64,000 nucleotides of DNA from Scenedesmus sp. PABB004. Lineage: Eukaryota. Positions 11,984 to 23,665 of the stretch are shown here, piece after piece. The stretch is from NCBI GenBank assembly GCA_014905635.1, contig JABVCE010000042.1, positions 62,001-126,000 of the forward strand, written 5' to 3'. The notes under the pieces were generated by a model. That model was not told where the DNA came from. It worked only from the letters and a program-made list of their open reading frames with translations, and ran no database searches. A program made the translations under genes and the position numbers. Positions within the stretch are counted from its first letter, which is position 1; the number at the start of each line of letters is the position of its first letter.

Positions 11984-13262
11984 ATGTTTTGGTCGGCGGC
12001 GGACTGCGCTGCCGCTGGACGCGTAGGCGGCGCGCGGGTGGATGCACGCCGCGCGCGAGCCCTGTTGCTCCAATCGAGCGCAGCGCGCGGGCAGAGCCCC
12101 GGACGGCGGCGGTGGCGGCGGCGCTCCTCGCGCCTCCGCCGCCCGCCGGTCGCGGGCAGCCAGGGAGGATGCAAACGTTTTGATCGGCGGCGGACTGCGC
12201 TGCCGCTGGCGCTGGACCGCCGGCGGCGCGCGGGTGGATGCGCGCCGCGCGCGAGCTCTGTCGCTCCAGTCAAACACAGCGCGTGGGCAGAGCCCCGGAC
12301 GGCGGCGGCGGCGGCGCTCCTCGCACTGCCGCCTGCTGCCGGCCGCGGGCAGCCAGGAGGGGGGCAGTGGATGTTTTGATCGGCGGCGGACTGCGCTGCC
12401 GCCGGCGCTGGACGCGCCGGCGGCGCGCGGGTGGATGCGCGCCGCGTGCGAGCTCTGTCGCTCCAATCGGGCGCAGCGCGCGCGGGCAGAGCCCCGGACG
12501 GCGGCGGCGGCGGCGGCGCTCCTCGCACTGCCGCCTGCTGCCGGCCGCGGGCAGCCAGGAGGGGGGCAGTGGATGTTTTGATCGGCGGCGGACTGCGCTG
12601 CCGCCGGCGCTGGACGCGCCGGCGGCGCGCGGGTGGATGCGCGCCGCGTGCGAGCTCTGTCGCTCCAATCGGGCGCAGCGCGCGCGGGCAGAGCCCCGGA
12701 CGGCGGCGGCGGCGGCGGCGCTCCTCGCGCCGCCGCCTGCTGCCGGCCGCGGGCAGCCAGGAGGGGGGGGGGGCGGCGGATGTTTTGATCGGCGGCGGAC
12801 TGCGCTGCCGCCGGCGCTGGACGCGCCGGCGGCGCGCGGGTGGATGCGCGCCGCGCGCGAGCTCTGTCGCTCCAATCGGGCGCAGCGCGCGCGGGCAGAG
12901 CCCCGGGCGGCGGCGGCGGCGGCGGCGCTCCTCGCGCCGCCGCCTGCTGCCGGCCGCGGGCAGCCAGGGAGGGGTGGGCAGGGGATGTTTTGATCGGCGG
13001 CGGACTGCGCTGCCGCCGGCGCTGGACGCGCCGGCGGCGCGCGGGTGGATGCGCGCCGCGCGCGAGCTCTGTCGCTCCAATCGGGCGCAGCGCGCGCGGG
13101 CAGAGCCCCGGACGGCGGCGGCAGCGGCGGCGCTCCTCGCGCCGCCGCCTGCTGCCGGCCGCGGGCAGCCAGGAGGGGGGGGGGGCAGGGGATGTTTTGA
13201 TCGGCGGCGGACTGCGCTGCCGCCGGCGCCTGGACGAACCGGCGGCGCGCGGGTGGATGCAT
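11984..13262. repeat. Satellite array, unit about 190-207 bp, 6 full copies plus a partial seventh
   Basis: Units begin with (A)TGTTTTGATCGGCGGCGGACTGCGCTGCC at about 11984, 12175, 12371, 12573, 12780, 12985 and 13192; length variation is mostly in GGC and G runs. Confidence 0.95.
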
Positions 13263-13581
13263 GCCCTAGGCGGCCGGCGCATGCGCCTGACCGCTCACGC
13301 AAGGGGTTTGCGGGCAATGGGGGCAGGGGGGCAGGGGTGACAGGGCCGGTGCAAGGGGTTTTTCGGGCGACGGGGTTCAGGGATGAACGGCGCTGAACCA
13401 CGATGAACCGCCCGGGTGCCTTTTGCCATCAAGGCGCGCCTGCGCTGCCCTCGGCGCGTCCCAGCCGCCCGCCCAGCCTGCCCCCGGCCGCCACGCCGCC
13501 CGCCGCGGCCGCCGCACGCGACCTCGGGCCTCGCGCTCCGCCGCTGCCGCCACCGGGCGCCGCTGCCGCTGCGCCACCGCC

Positions 13582-14842
13582 ATGGCGCCAGCTGCTGTGC
13601 GGCCTTCCAGGCGGTCCGTGTGGCGCACAACTCTGCTGGTGGGCGCAGCTGGACGCGCAGCAGCGCGCGCCGGCGGCAGAGCAGCGCGCAGCAGCGCGGC
13701 GGCAGAGCAGCGCGCGCCGCGCCGCGCCGATCCCGGTCGCCGCGCGCCGCCAGGCGCTGGCGTTGGTGGTGCTGGCGCCGCCGCCGCGGCCGTGCGCGGC
13801 GGGCGGCACCATCCCCGCGAGCGCCAACGTCACGGAGCTCAACGAGCTGACCTTTGCCGGCCTCACGCGCGACGGCCGCGTGTGGCTCGTCGAGTTTTTC
13901 ACGCACGACTGCCGCAGCTGGTCCGCGCGCGCCGCGGGCGGTGCCGCGGCCGCGGCCGCCGCGCGCTGCGCGCTGCGCGCCCCTGCCGCACGCCGTGCGC
14001 TGCGCGCGGCCCGCTCACAGCGCGGCCCCGCGCCGCACGCGCCGCCGCAGCCTGCGCGTCGCGTGGCACGTCTCGGCGCTGGCGGACAACCTCACCGCCA
14101 GCGCGCCCCACATCGCCGTCGGCAGGCGCGCGGGGGCCCCACCGCAGCGGCGCCGGGCGCGCAGGCCCCAGGAGCGGCGCGCGCCGGCCGCCCGCGCCCG
14201 CGCCCGCCCGCCGCAGGTTTGACTGCGGCGGGTCCGCCGAGGCGTTCTGCGCGCACAGCGTGCGCATCGAGCGCACGCCGACGTTCAAGGTGCCGGCCGG
14301 CTGGCCGCCGGCGCCGCGCGGCCGCTGGCGAGCGCTCCTGGGGTCCGCAGCGCGCTTGTCCGCCGGCCCGTGCCCACGCTCGGCCCGTTGCTTCAGGTGT
14401 ACTATGCCGGCAAGTACACGGGCCTGACCTACAGGGCTGACTTCTTCTTCCTCGACATGTGAGAGCCTTAGCTGCTCAGCTCAGCTCAGCTCAGCCGAGC
14501 GTCGAGCTGAGCTGAACCGAGCTGAGCCGAGCTGGGCGCGTCTGCGCGCGCGCGCGCCGGCCCCGGCGCCCCGCCCCCGCGGCGCCCCACCGCCCCCGCC
14601 GCGCCCACCCCCGCCGCAGGCTGCACGCCTACATCACACTGGCCGCCGCCGCGGTGCTGGGCCTGGACATCGCGCCGCCGCCGGGCGGCGCGGCCGGCGC
14701 GGGCGTGGCTGATGACTATATGTACGACGACGAGGAGGACGAGGGCGAGGGCGAGGGCGAGGAGGGAGAGGCGGCGGAGGCGGGGGCCGGGGCGCGCGGG
14801 GCGGCGGCCGACGCGGCGGCGGCCGACGCGGCGGTGCTGTGA
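13582..14842 (+). CDS. Secreted/ER single-domain thioredoxin-fold (PDI-like) protein with acidic tail
   Basis: Six exons give a signal-like N-terminus, NVTELNELTF..VWLVEFFTHDCRSC..IAVGRFDC..FC..VRIERTPTFKVY, then a D/E-rich tail; stop at 14840-14842. Confidence 0.75.
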
Positions 14843-15656
14843 CGGCGGCGGCGCTGAGGCGCGCGCCGTACTCGGGTTGCTTTACACAGACCGGGGCCGG
14901 GCATTATTGGCGGGGCGCGCACGCGGGCAAGCGAGCGCGCCCCCGGGGTCGCGCGCGGCTGCGTGCCGCGCGCCGCATGAGGGCGGCGCCGGGCGCAGCC
15001 GGGCCGCCACGCCCCGCCGGGCGCCGCGCCGCCTCTGGGGCGCGGCGCGTGTCGAGCGGGGCGGGGCTTATGGAGCAGCGGCCGCGCTCAGGCGGCGCCG
15101 CCCGTGGGGTGGCTGACTGTACACGCGCGCCGCGCCCGACGGCACGGGCCCCCGCGGGGTTGGCCGCGCGCGCGCCGCGCCGCCCGGCCGGCGCCGGCCG
15201 GGCGGCGGGCGCGCGCGCGGCCACACGCCGGCGAGTGGTTGGGTTTGGGACGCGGCGCCGCCGCGTTGGGTGCGGGAGGGACGGCCGGCGCCCAGCTCGG
15301 GAGAACAGGCGGGCGCCGCCGCACGCGCACGCACGAGAGAACAGGAAACGTGTTGGATCCGCGATCCCCAAAAGACGCCCAGAGCTAGGCCTGAGGCGCG
15401 CACCCCGCCGCGCCGCCGGGCGTCACCATCAGCGTTGCCGGCAGCGCCGCGCGCCGGCCGCAAGCCCCGGCAGGAGTGCGCGGCACCGGCGGCGGCGCCG
15501 CCGCGTGCGTGCGTGCGACCCGTCTGCTGGCGGCAGTCGGTGCGACTAGGAGGAGGGAGGCCGGCCCAGCGCTGCGCGCACACAGCAGGCATGCGTTGGG
15601 GCGCCCGTTTTGGCGCGCGAGCCATTGTCCCCGGACCAGAGAAAGAGTGTGTGTGC

Positions 15657-15678
15657 GAGAGAGAGAGAGAGAGAGAGA
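15657..15678. repeat. (GA)n microsatellite preceded by a short (GT)n
   Basis: Directly visible. Confidence 0.9.
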
Positions 15679-16816
15679 TTGGGTGCTGTGAGCAACCCCG
15701 GCACCCCGCAAGGCGCATGCCCTCCACGGACCACGTGCGCCCCGCCAGGCTGCGCGCCCACGCGCCTGTCTTGGGTTGGCCGGCACCCACCACCGAGGTC
15801 TGGCACAAGGCCACCAAACCCGCAGCCGCCGAGGGGGCGCCCGCAACAGTGTGTGCACCCGCCCCCGCGGCGCGCCGCCGGCCGGCCGACCGGCCGGCCG
15901 GCGGGCGCCGCGGGGACGCGGGCCCCGCCGCAGTGCATACGCGGAGGTGCGCACGTAAATGCCGCCGCCGCCGCAGCACCGCTCCAGTGTGTGCGCCCTC
16001 CTCAATGCAGCCCCAAGCCGGGCGACCGCTGCGCACCGGCAGCCGGCGTGCGGCAAGCCCGGCTGCGCACGCAGCGGCGCACGCCGGCTGGCACGCGTTG
16101 AAAGGCGCGCGTTGCGGGCCCGGCGGCGAGTGCAGTGCAAGCGGTGCACGCTCGCCCACACACCCTCACGCAGCGCACGAGCGTGTGCGTGCGCCGGCCT
16201 GCCGCGTCGGGCGGGCAGACGCGCGCGCCAGCCGCGGCCGCCGGTGGCTGCAGCGGCCGCCGCGGCACGGCGCGCGAGTCGCCCGTCCGAGGCATCATCC
16301 ATCCATCGAGCCAAGCAGAAAAAAAGAGAGAGAGGTCAAATGAAAGAGGGGCGCCGGGCGAGAGAGCGCGAGCGCTGGCCGCGCCCGCGCGCGCGGCGCC
16401 ACGCGCAGGCCCGAGGGCCGGCAATGGACTGAGAAGGCGCGGGCAGTCCCACCGCCCAAGAACACAGAGCCCGCCACTAAATGGAGGGCCGTCGCCCCGG
16501 CCACCGCCGCGCGCCGCGCGAGCCGAGGCAGCCGCCTCGGCGGCGCCCGTGTGCGCGCGGCCGCGGGCCGGCCTGCACTGAGTATATACCATTCACCACC
16601 AGGGGGCTGTTTCGCCCAGCGTCAGCAATGCGCCACGCGGCCGGCTGTGTGCGCGCACGCACGCCGTCCGGAACGGGGGCGGCCGCCGCGCGCGGCCCCG
16701 CGCACGCGCACGGTCTGGGGCCGGCGTCGCGGCGCAGCGCGCCCCACCACCCTCAGACGCGCGCGCCGCCGGCGGGCACGCGCCGGCGGCGCGGCCCCGG
16801 GAGCTCAGCGCGCGGG

Positions 16817-17084
16817 TCAGAAGAGGTCGGCCAGCGGCTCCATGAGGGTGCCGCACGGCAGGCCCGCCGGGGAGCTGCACGCATCCAGCAGCCAGCCGTC
16901 CTCGCCGTCCGAGTCGACCAGCCCACCCACGAGCGCCGCGAGCGCCGGCAGGTCGACGGGGCCCGGCGGCGGCAGCCCGGCCGCGCAGGCCGCGGTGCCC
17001 GCGAGCGCGCCGCCGTGCTGCGAGTGCGCGGACGCCTGCTGGCGGCCGTAGCCGGCGCCGCCGCCGGCCGGCGGCGTTGCGCCG

Positions 17085-17124
<40 letters not shown>

Positions 17125-18338
17125 GCAGCTGCGCGGGCAGGCCCGCGGCGGCGGCCGCCGCCGCCCAGCTCTGGCTGAACGCCTCCATTGCCACCACCTC
17201 GTCGGCGGGGGCGAGCGCATAGTCGCCGCCGTCGAGCTGCCCGCAGCGGGCAAAGGGACTGACCGTCGCGCCGAGCGTCGCGGGCGCGTAGCTGCCGGCG
17301 CCGCTGCTGGCGCCCGAGATGCCGGGGCTGCCCCCGGGCCGCCGCCCGCGAGCGCCTGCTGCGCCTGCTGCATCATCAGCTGCGCGAGTGCGCTCGCCGG
17401 CAGCGCGCGGCTGGCCGCCGCGCTCAGGAGCGCGTCGCCGGTGTCGGCGCCCCTGCCGGCCGGGCCGGCCAGCCGCGCGCCGCCGCCGCCGCCGCCGCCG
17501 CGCGCGGCCGCGACCTTCTGGGCAAAGCCGCCAAACTGCTCCGCCAGCGCCTGCTGCGCGGCGGCCGCGGCCGCGGCGGGGCGGCCGGGCGCGGGGCCGC
17601 CGCCGCCGCGCGGGCGCGCGCGCGCCGCGGCGTCGGCCGGCACCGCGCCGACGGACGCCGCGGCGGGCAGCATCAGCGCCGCCTGCTGCGCCGCGGCCTG
17701 GAGCTGCCGGTACCGCGCCTCGGCCGCCTGGCCGGCCCAGGCCTCGCTCTCAAAGCTCGGCGCGCTGCCAAAGGCGGCCGAGGCCTGCCGCAGGCCGCCC
17801 TGCGGCGCCGCAGCCTGCTGCGCCTGCGCGGCCGCGACCATGCTGGCCCAGTCGCCGCCGGCGGCCTGCGGCTCGCCGTAGCCCTGCGGCTGCGCCGCCG
17901 CGGGCGGCTGCCAGCCCTGCTGCGCGGCCTGGGCCATCCAGCTGGGCTGCTGCGGCGCCGCCGCGCCGCCGTCACTGCCGCCGCCGCCGCCGCCGCCGCC
18001 GGCCTGCTGCCAGGCAAACTGCTGCTGCGCCGCCTGCATCGCCGCCGCCTGGCGCTGCTGCCGGTGGTGCGCCAGCAGCAGCTGCTGCTGCTGCGTCGTC
18101 ACCATGCGGCCGCCGACAAACACGGGCGGCGCCATGTTGGGCGAGCCGCGCGAGCTGCAGCAGCTGTTGGACGGTGCCGGCAGCTCCTCCTCGGACTTGA
18201 CCTGCGCGCCCGACGCGCCGCCGGGGCTGCCGCCGAGCCGGCTCGCCCAGGCCGCCGCCGCCGCGATGTCGCTGCCGCCGACGCCCGGCGGGCAGCTGCC
18301 GTAGCCGCACAGGAGCGGGCTGCTGCCGCTGCCGCCGG

Positions 18339-18378
<40 letters not shown>

Positions 18379-19825
18379 CTGCTGCTGCGCCAGCAGCAGG
18401 CCGTCAGGCCCCACCAGGCCGGCCAGGCCGTCAACGCCGCCGAGCAGCGCGGCGGTGCGCGCCGCGCTCTGGCGCATCGCCGACAGCAGCACGCTGCTGC
18501 TGCAGCGCCCGCCGCCCACGCCGCCGCTGGGCTTGCTGGTGAAGCTGCCGCCGCCGTGCAGCTCGGCCATGAGCGGGGGGCACGACTCGGTGCCCACCAG
18601 CAGCCCCCCGCGGCCGGGCAGCGCCGCCGCCCAGAGCTTGGCGTCCGAGGCAGTGCGGCCGGCGACCGACACGGGCACCATGCCCGCCAGGGCCTTGCCT
18701 ACGCCCGCCGCCGCGGCCGCCGCCGCGGCCGCGACCGCGGCCTCGTTGCGCTCCGCCGCCGCGCGCGCGGCCGCCGCCGCCGCGGCCTTGGCCGCGGCCG
18801 CCTCGGCGCGCAGCGCCGCGCGCGCGGCCGCCGTCGCCGCCTTGGCCGCCGCCGCCTTGGCCTGCGCGGGCGTCTGCGCCTTTTTCTTGGCCGCGCCGCC
18901 GTGGCGCACGCGCTTGCTGGAGTAGAAGCTGCCCGGCGTGCAGCGGCGGCGGTGCTTGCGGCTCTTGTTGTGGTGCAGCAGCTGGCTGCGGCAGCTCCTG
19001 CGCGGCCGGCGGCGGCGGCGGCGGCGGGGTTGGGCGCGGCCGGCCCCGCGGCAGCGCCGCGGCGAGCGAGTGCAGCGGCCCCCGCCGCCGGCGCCGGCGC
19101 GCACCGCTTGGTGCCGTCGAACTCCGCGACCGGGTGGCAGCGCGTGCACTGCTGGCAGAAGCGGCACTCGACGCCGTGCAGCAGCACCGTGGCGCTGGCC
19201 TGGTGGCTGGGGCAGATCTTGGAGCGCCGGAAGTACGGCTTCATCTCACTCAGGTCCACGTCACACCCGTCCACCTGCCGGCAGCGGCGGCGGCGGCGAC
19301 GGCGGCGAGGGGTCGGGGCGCAGGCGAGGGGCGAGGGGTCAGCGCGCGGGGCGCGGGCGGGGCCAGGGGGCAAGGCGCAGGCGCAGGTTCAGGGGGCCGC
19401 GCCGCCGCCGCGGCGCCGCTGCGGCTCACGATGCAGACGTGCGTCGGCGCGGCCGGGCAGGGCGCCGCCGTCGCCTCCTCCTGCTCCTGCTCCTGCTCCG
19501 CGGCGGCCGCCGCGTCGGCGTGGTCGCCGCCGCCGGCCGCGTGCGAGGCCTGCTGGCTGTGCGCCGGGCACGCGACGCCGCCGGCGTCGCCGGCGCCGGG
19601 CGCGCCGTCGCTGCCGCCCGCCTGCTCTGCCACGCCGGCCTCTGCCCCGTCCATGGCAGCGTCCTGCTGCTGCTCCTGCTCCTGCTCCTCCGCGCCGGCG
19701 CCCTCGCCGCCGGGCGCGGCGGCGCCGCTGCCGCCGCTGCTGCGCGTCCCGCACTCAGCGCCGGCCGGCAGCTGCTGCGCGGGGTCCTGGCTGTCGCCGC
19801 TGACCTCCATGCTGCCAGCCAGCAT
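16817..19825 (-). CDS. SBP-box (SQUAMOSA promoter binding protein) transcription factor
   Basis: Spliced VCI|VDGCDVDLSEMKPYFRRSKICPSH..RFCQQCTRCHPVAEFDGTKR|SCRSQLLHHNKSRKHRRR, then long Q/A/G low-complexity region. One-base frame break at the C-run near 17333. Confidence 0.9.
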
Positions 19826-20908
19826 GGCTTGGAAGCTCGAGCTGCGGCGCCGGACGCGCGGCGGCGGTGAGCGTGCGCGGCGCGGCAGCTGCCGCGAGCT
19901 GCGCGCACGCCCGGCGCGCCCCCGCGGGCTGCGGCGAGCTTCCTAGCCAGTCTGGATGCCAGAAATCGAGGCCGTGGCGCGATCCGTCACGCCCTCCGGG
20001 GCCCTGCTGCCCGCGATCGGGCCCTTCCGAGCTGCTGGAGATTATCTGGACCAACCCGGCGCCCCGCCGTGCTGGGGCGCCGAGGGCGCCCACCGCACGC
20101 TGCAGAGGTCGACAGATATGCCGGCCATCCCACGCGCGCGCAGCGCGGCGCGGCGCACCTGTATGCGGTCGCCATCGGTGGTGGCCGTCACCGCATGCGT
20201 CGCCTGGCACGGCCGCCGGGCGCGGGCTCGCGGCGGCGCGGCGATGAGTTTGTAGGAGTGTTGGTGAGGCTGTCGCCAGCCCGCCGAGTCTCCCGGGTCA
20301 GCACTGTGGCGGTCGCGGGGGTGGTGTCAGCGCGATGCGTGCTGGCACGACTCACGGCGCTCCGCCCAGGCGCCTGCGGGGGCGGCGCGGCGGCGGTCAG
20401 GAAGGGAGATATGCGGGCTGCCCAGTTGCGACCTCACGGGCGCCAGCAGCGGCCCGCCCAGCGCGGGGCGCCGGTCAGCATGGCGCAGCGCGGGCCCCGG
20501 CGACCAGGGGCCACGCCGCGCCACGGCCGGATGCAATAATTTGATCGTTATCGACGCGCGTCTCGGAGCATTGCCGGCGCAGCCAGGCGCGCCCGGCGGG
20601 CGGCGCTTCCTGCGCACCTCTGGCCTGCCGCGATGGCCGCCCGCGTGTCGCCTGCCGCCCCGAGCACTTCCTCTGCTGCTGTTTGTGGGAGAGACGGGGC
20701 GCGGCGCCGGTCGCTGACGGGCACGGCAAATGACATCTGACAGCCTTTGTTCATTTTGCTCACCGCGCGCGTCGCTGATGGGCCCCGAGTTCTCAAGAGA
20801 GTGTGATAGGCCCGATGCCGCGAGCCCGCGCACACCCCGGTTGTGCCACACGCGCGCGCCCGGTTGGGCGCTGCCGCCGCCGGGCCGATGCGCGCCTCCG
20901 CACCGCTG

Positions 20909-21196
20909 CTACCGCTGGCCCCCCGCTGCCCAGGACGCCTCGCCGGCGGGGTGGTCTCCCCCGCCGCCGCCGCCGCCGCCGCCGCCGCCCAGCACCTCCC
21001 GCGTGGCGCCCTGCAGGTGCTTGAGTCGCGCCAGCGCCGACGCCCAGGCCGCGGGGCGCGGGCTGTGCGCCGTGGTCAGCAGCGAGCTGCGCTGCGCCGT
21101 CGCGCCGGTCGCGCTGGTCGCCATGCTGCCCTCGCCGGCCGCGGCGGCGGCCGCCGCCGTCGCCGCGCCGTCGCCGCTGCCGCGCGCCTGCCGCTG

Positions 21197-21255
<59 letters not shown>

Positions 21256-21823
21256 TGCGCGCCTCGCTCGCAGCCGCCCACCAGCCGCCGCTGCTGCAGT
21301 CGGGCGGGCGCACGTGCTCCGGCGGCGGCAGCGGCTCCCGCAGCACCGGCCCCCCGGGCAGGCCGGCTCGCGCGCCGCCGGGCGGCGGCGGCGCAGCGGC
21401 GCCGCCGCCGACGAGCCGCGCCGCGCGCTGCTTCAGCTCCGCCAGCTTGCCGAGCAGGTCGGCCGCGGGCTTGTCCGGCTGCGGCGCCCTGCGGGTGCGG
21501 CGCGCGGGGCGTCAGCAGGGGGCGAGGGCGCGGGGCACCGGCAGCGCCTCCTGCCCGCAGCGCCCTGGGACGTGGGCGCTGGCTGCGGCGGCGGCGCGGC
21601 CGCCCAAGACGCACCGCGCCTGCTCAGGCGGCTGCGGCATCGCCACCGGCAGCAGCAGGATGGGCACCGCCTGCTCCGGCGCAGCGAGCTGCTCGCTGTC
21701 GGCCGGCGCGGTGGCTCCGCCGCCGCTCGGCGCTGCTTTCGACGCCCCGCCCAGCCGGCCGCCGCGCTGCTTCACCACGGCCGCGGGCGAGGGCCGCTGC
21801 GAAAGCAGCGCGCGCCAGTCCAT
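20909..21823 (-). CDS. Hypothetical low-complexity protein (2 exons)
   Basis: ATG 21823, plausible intron about 21616-21489, coding-like DKPAADLLGKLAELKQRAARL; no recognisable family. Confidence 0.45.
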
Positions 21824-22124
21824 TGCGGGGCTGCCGCTGGCGGCGGTGCAGGCTGGCGGGGCGGGCCCGCTGCTGCTGCTGCTGCTCCCGTGCGTGCGGC
21901 GCCCGCAGGTCGCTGCCGCTTCGCGCAGGTGTGCCGCGTGTTCGGGCGATGGATGAGGGAGAGTCCGCGCGGAGCGCAGGTGCAGCTCCGCCCTCGCGCC
22001 GCATGACGGCGGTTGCGGCGCGCCTCAAAAACCCGCCCCGACCGTTGCAGCGTGCCTCGCTCCGCCCGCACGCTGGCTTCTCCCAACTGGCGCCACCCGC
22101 TCGTTGCCCACAGGAGCCAGCAGC

Positions 22125-23364
22125 ATGCCCGCCGCTGCCGCAGCGCCGCCGAGCGCGCCGTACCTGCTGCTGCTCGGCGTCGCGCAGGACGCGGGCGTGC
22201 CTCAGAGCGGCTGCACCTGCGCCAACTGCTCCGCGGCCTGGGCAGGCACCGCGCCGCGGCAGACAGCAGTGAGCGCCGCGCTGGTCGACCCGGCGCCCGA
22301 TGAGAGCGGCGGCGGCGTCTGGATTATCGATCCAACACCAGACTTTCGAGAGCAGTACCACGCGCTGCAGCAGCACCTGGGTGGGTGCACCGCGCGCGCA
22401 GGCCTGGCCTGCGCAGAGCTGGCCCGCGGCCCCGCCTTGCCCGCGCGGACCCGCCGCGCCCCGCGCGCCGCCGCAGCCGCGGCGGGCCTGGCGGGGCGCC
22501 GCCTGCGCGGCGTGCTGATCACGCACCTGCACCACGGCCACTACCTCGGGCTCGCCCAGTTTGGCAAGGAGGTCATGGACTGGCGGCCGGGGCTGCCGGT
22601 GCACGGCACTGCGCCGACGCTCGCGTTCCTGGCCGCCAACCAGCCCTGGGCGAGCATGATCGCCGCCGGCAACCTCGCGCCGCAGCCGCCGCTAGTGCCG
22701 GGCGGGGCGCCGGCCGCGCTGTCGCCGCGGCTGCGCGTCGCGGCAGCGGCGGTCCCCCACCGCGCCGAGTACGGCGACACAGTCTGCTTCTATGTCGAGG
22801 CGCGCGCCGCGCCTGTGGCATGCGCCTGGCGCGCCCGCGCCCGCGTGCACGCACGCCCCACTGCCGCGCGTGGCAGCCAGCCCCGCGGCGCGCCCCCGCG
22901 CGCCCGCGCGGCCGCAGGGCCCCAGCCGGCGCGCGCTGTACCTGCCTGACATTGACGGCTGGGACGCGTGGGCGGCCGCGGGCACGGAGCTGTGCGAGGT
23001 GCGGCGGCTGACCGCGGCGCGGCGCGGCCGGCCGGCCGCGCTGGCAGGCGTCGCAAGCGAGCCCCCGCGCGCGGTGCTGACCGCGCGCGCGCAGGCGGTG
23101 TCGGGCGTGGACGTCGCCCTGCTGGACGGCTGCTTCTTTAGCGCCGAGGAGCTGCCCGGCCGCGACATGCGCGCTGTGCCGCACCCGCTGGTCATTGACA
23201 CGCTCGCGCGGCTCGCGGGCCTGCCGGCGGAGGTGCGGGGCCGCGTGGCGCTGATGCACCTGAACCACACCAACCCGCTCTGGCGCCCGGGCGCGCCCGA
23301 GCGCGCGGCCGTCGCGGCGGCGGGCGTGCGAATCGCGGCGGCGGGTGACGTGCACGCGCTGTGA
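22125..23364 (+). CDS. PqqB-like metallo-beta-lactamase-fold hydrolase (4 exons)
   Basis: LGVAQDAGVPQSGCTCANC, IDPTPDF, THLHHGHYLGL, PHRAEY, YLPDIDGW, LLDGCFF, PHP, HLNHTNP. Confidence 0.88.
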
Positions 23365-23665
23365 ACCGTCGTCGTGCCCGCTGGCCGCCGAGGCCCGGCC
23401 TGACCGCCTGGCAGCCTGCCTCTCAGCTAGGAGGCAGGCTGCCTCCTGAGGCCCTCAGGCAGCCCAACGTGCCGCGCTGCGCCCTCAACCGCCGCCGCCG
23501 CGCGCGTTGTTGGCGCGCTCGGCCGCCGGCGCTGCCCGCCCGCCACTCCCGCTGCGCCTCCGGTACCTCGCGCGCGCGATCAGGCTCCCGTCCCGGCCCC
23601 CGCCCGCGGGCTGCGTGCAGAGCGCGGCGAGCAGCAGCGCGCGGCATCTTCGGGTGCTGCCCGCG

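Noticed and set aside
11984..13262. Possible CRISPR-like array
   Set aside because: Units are ~200 bp and similar along their whole length, with no unique spacers; eukaryotic context, no cas genes.
11321..13401. 600+ aa repetitive ORFs over the satellite
   Set aside because: They are translations of the tandem repeat; unit lengths are not kept in multiples of three.
14900..16800. Several 200-360 aa ORFs between the thioredoxin and SBP genes
   Set aside because: No motifs or consistent exon structure; they cross a (GA)n microsatellite; more likely UTR/intergenic.
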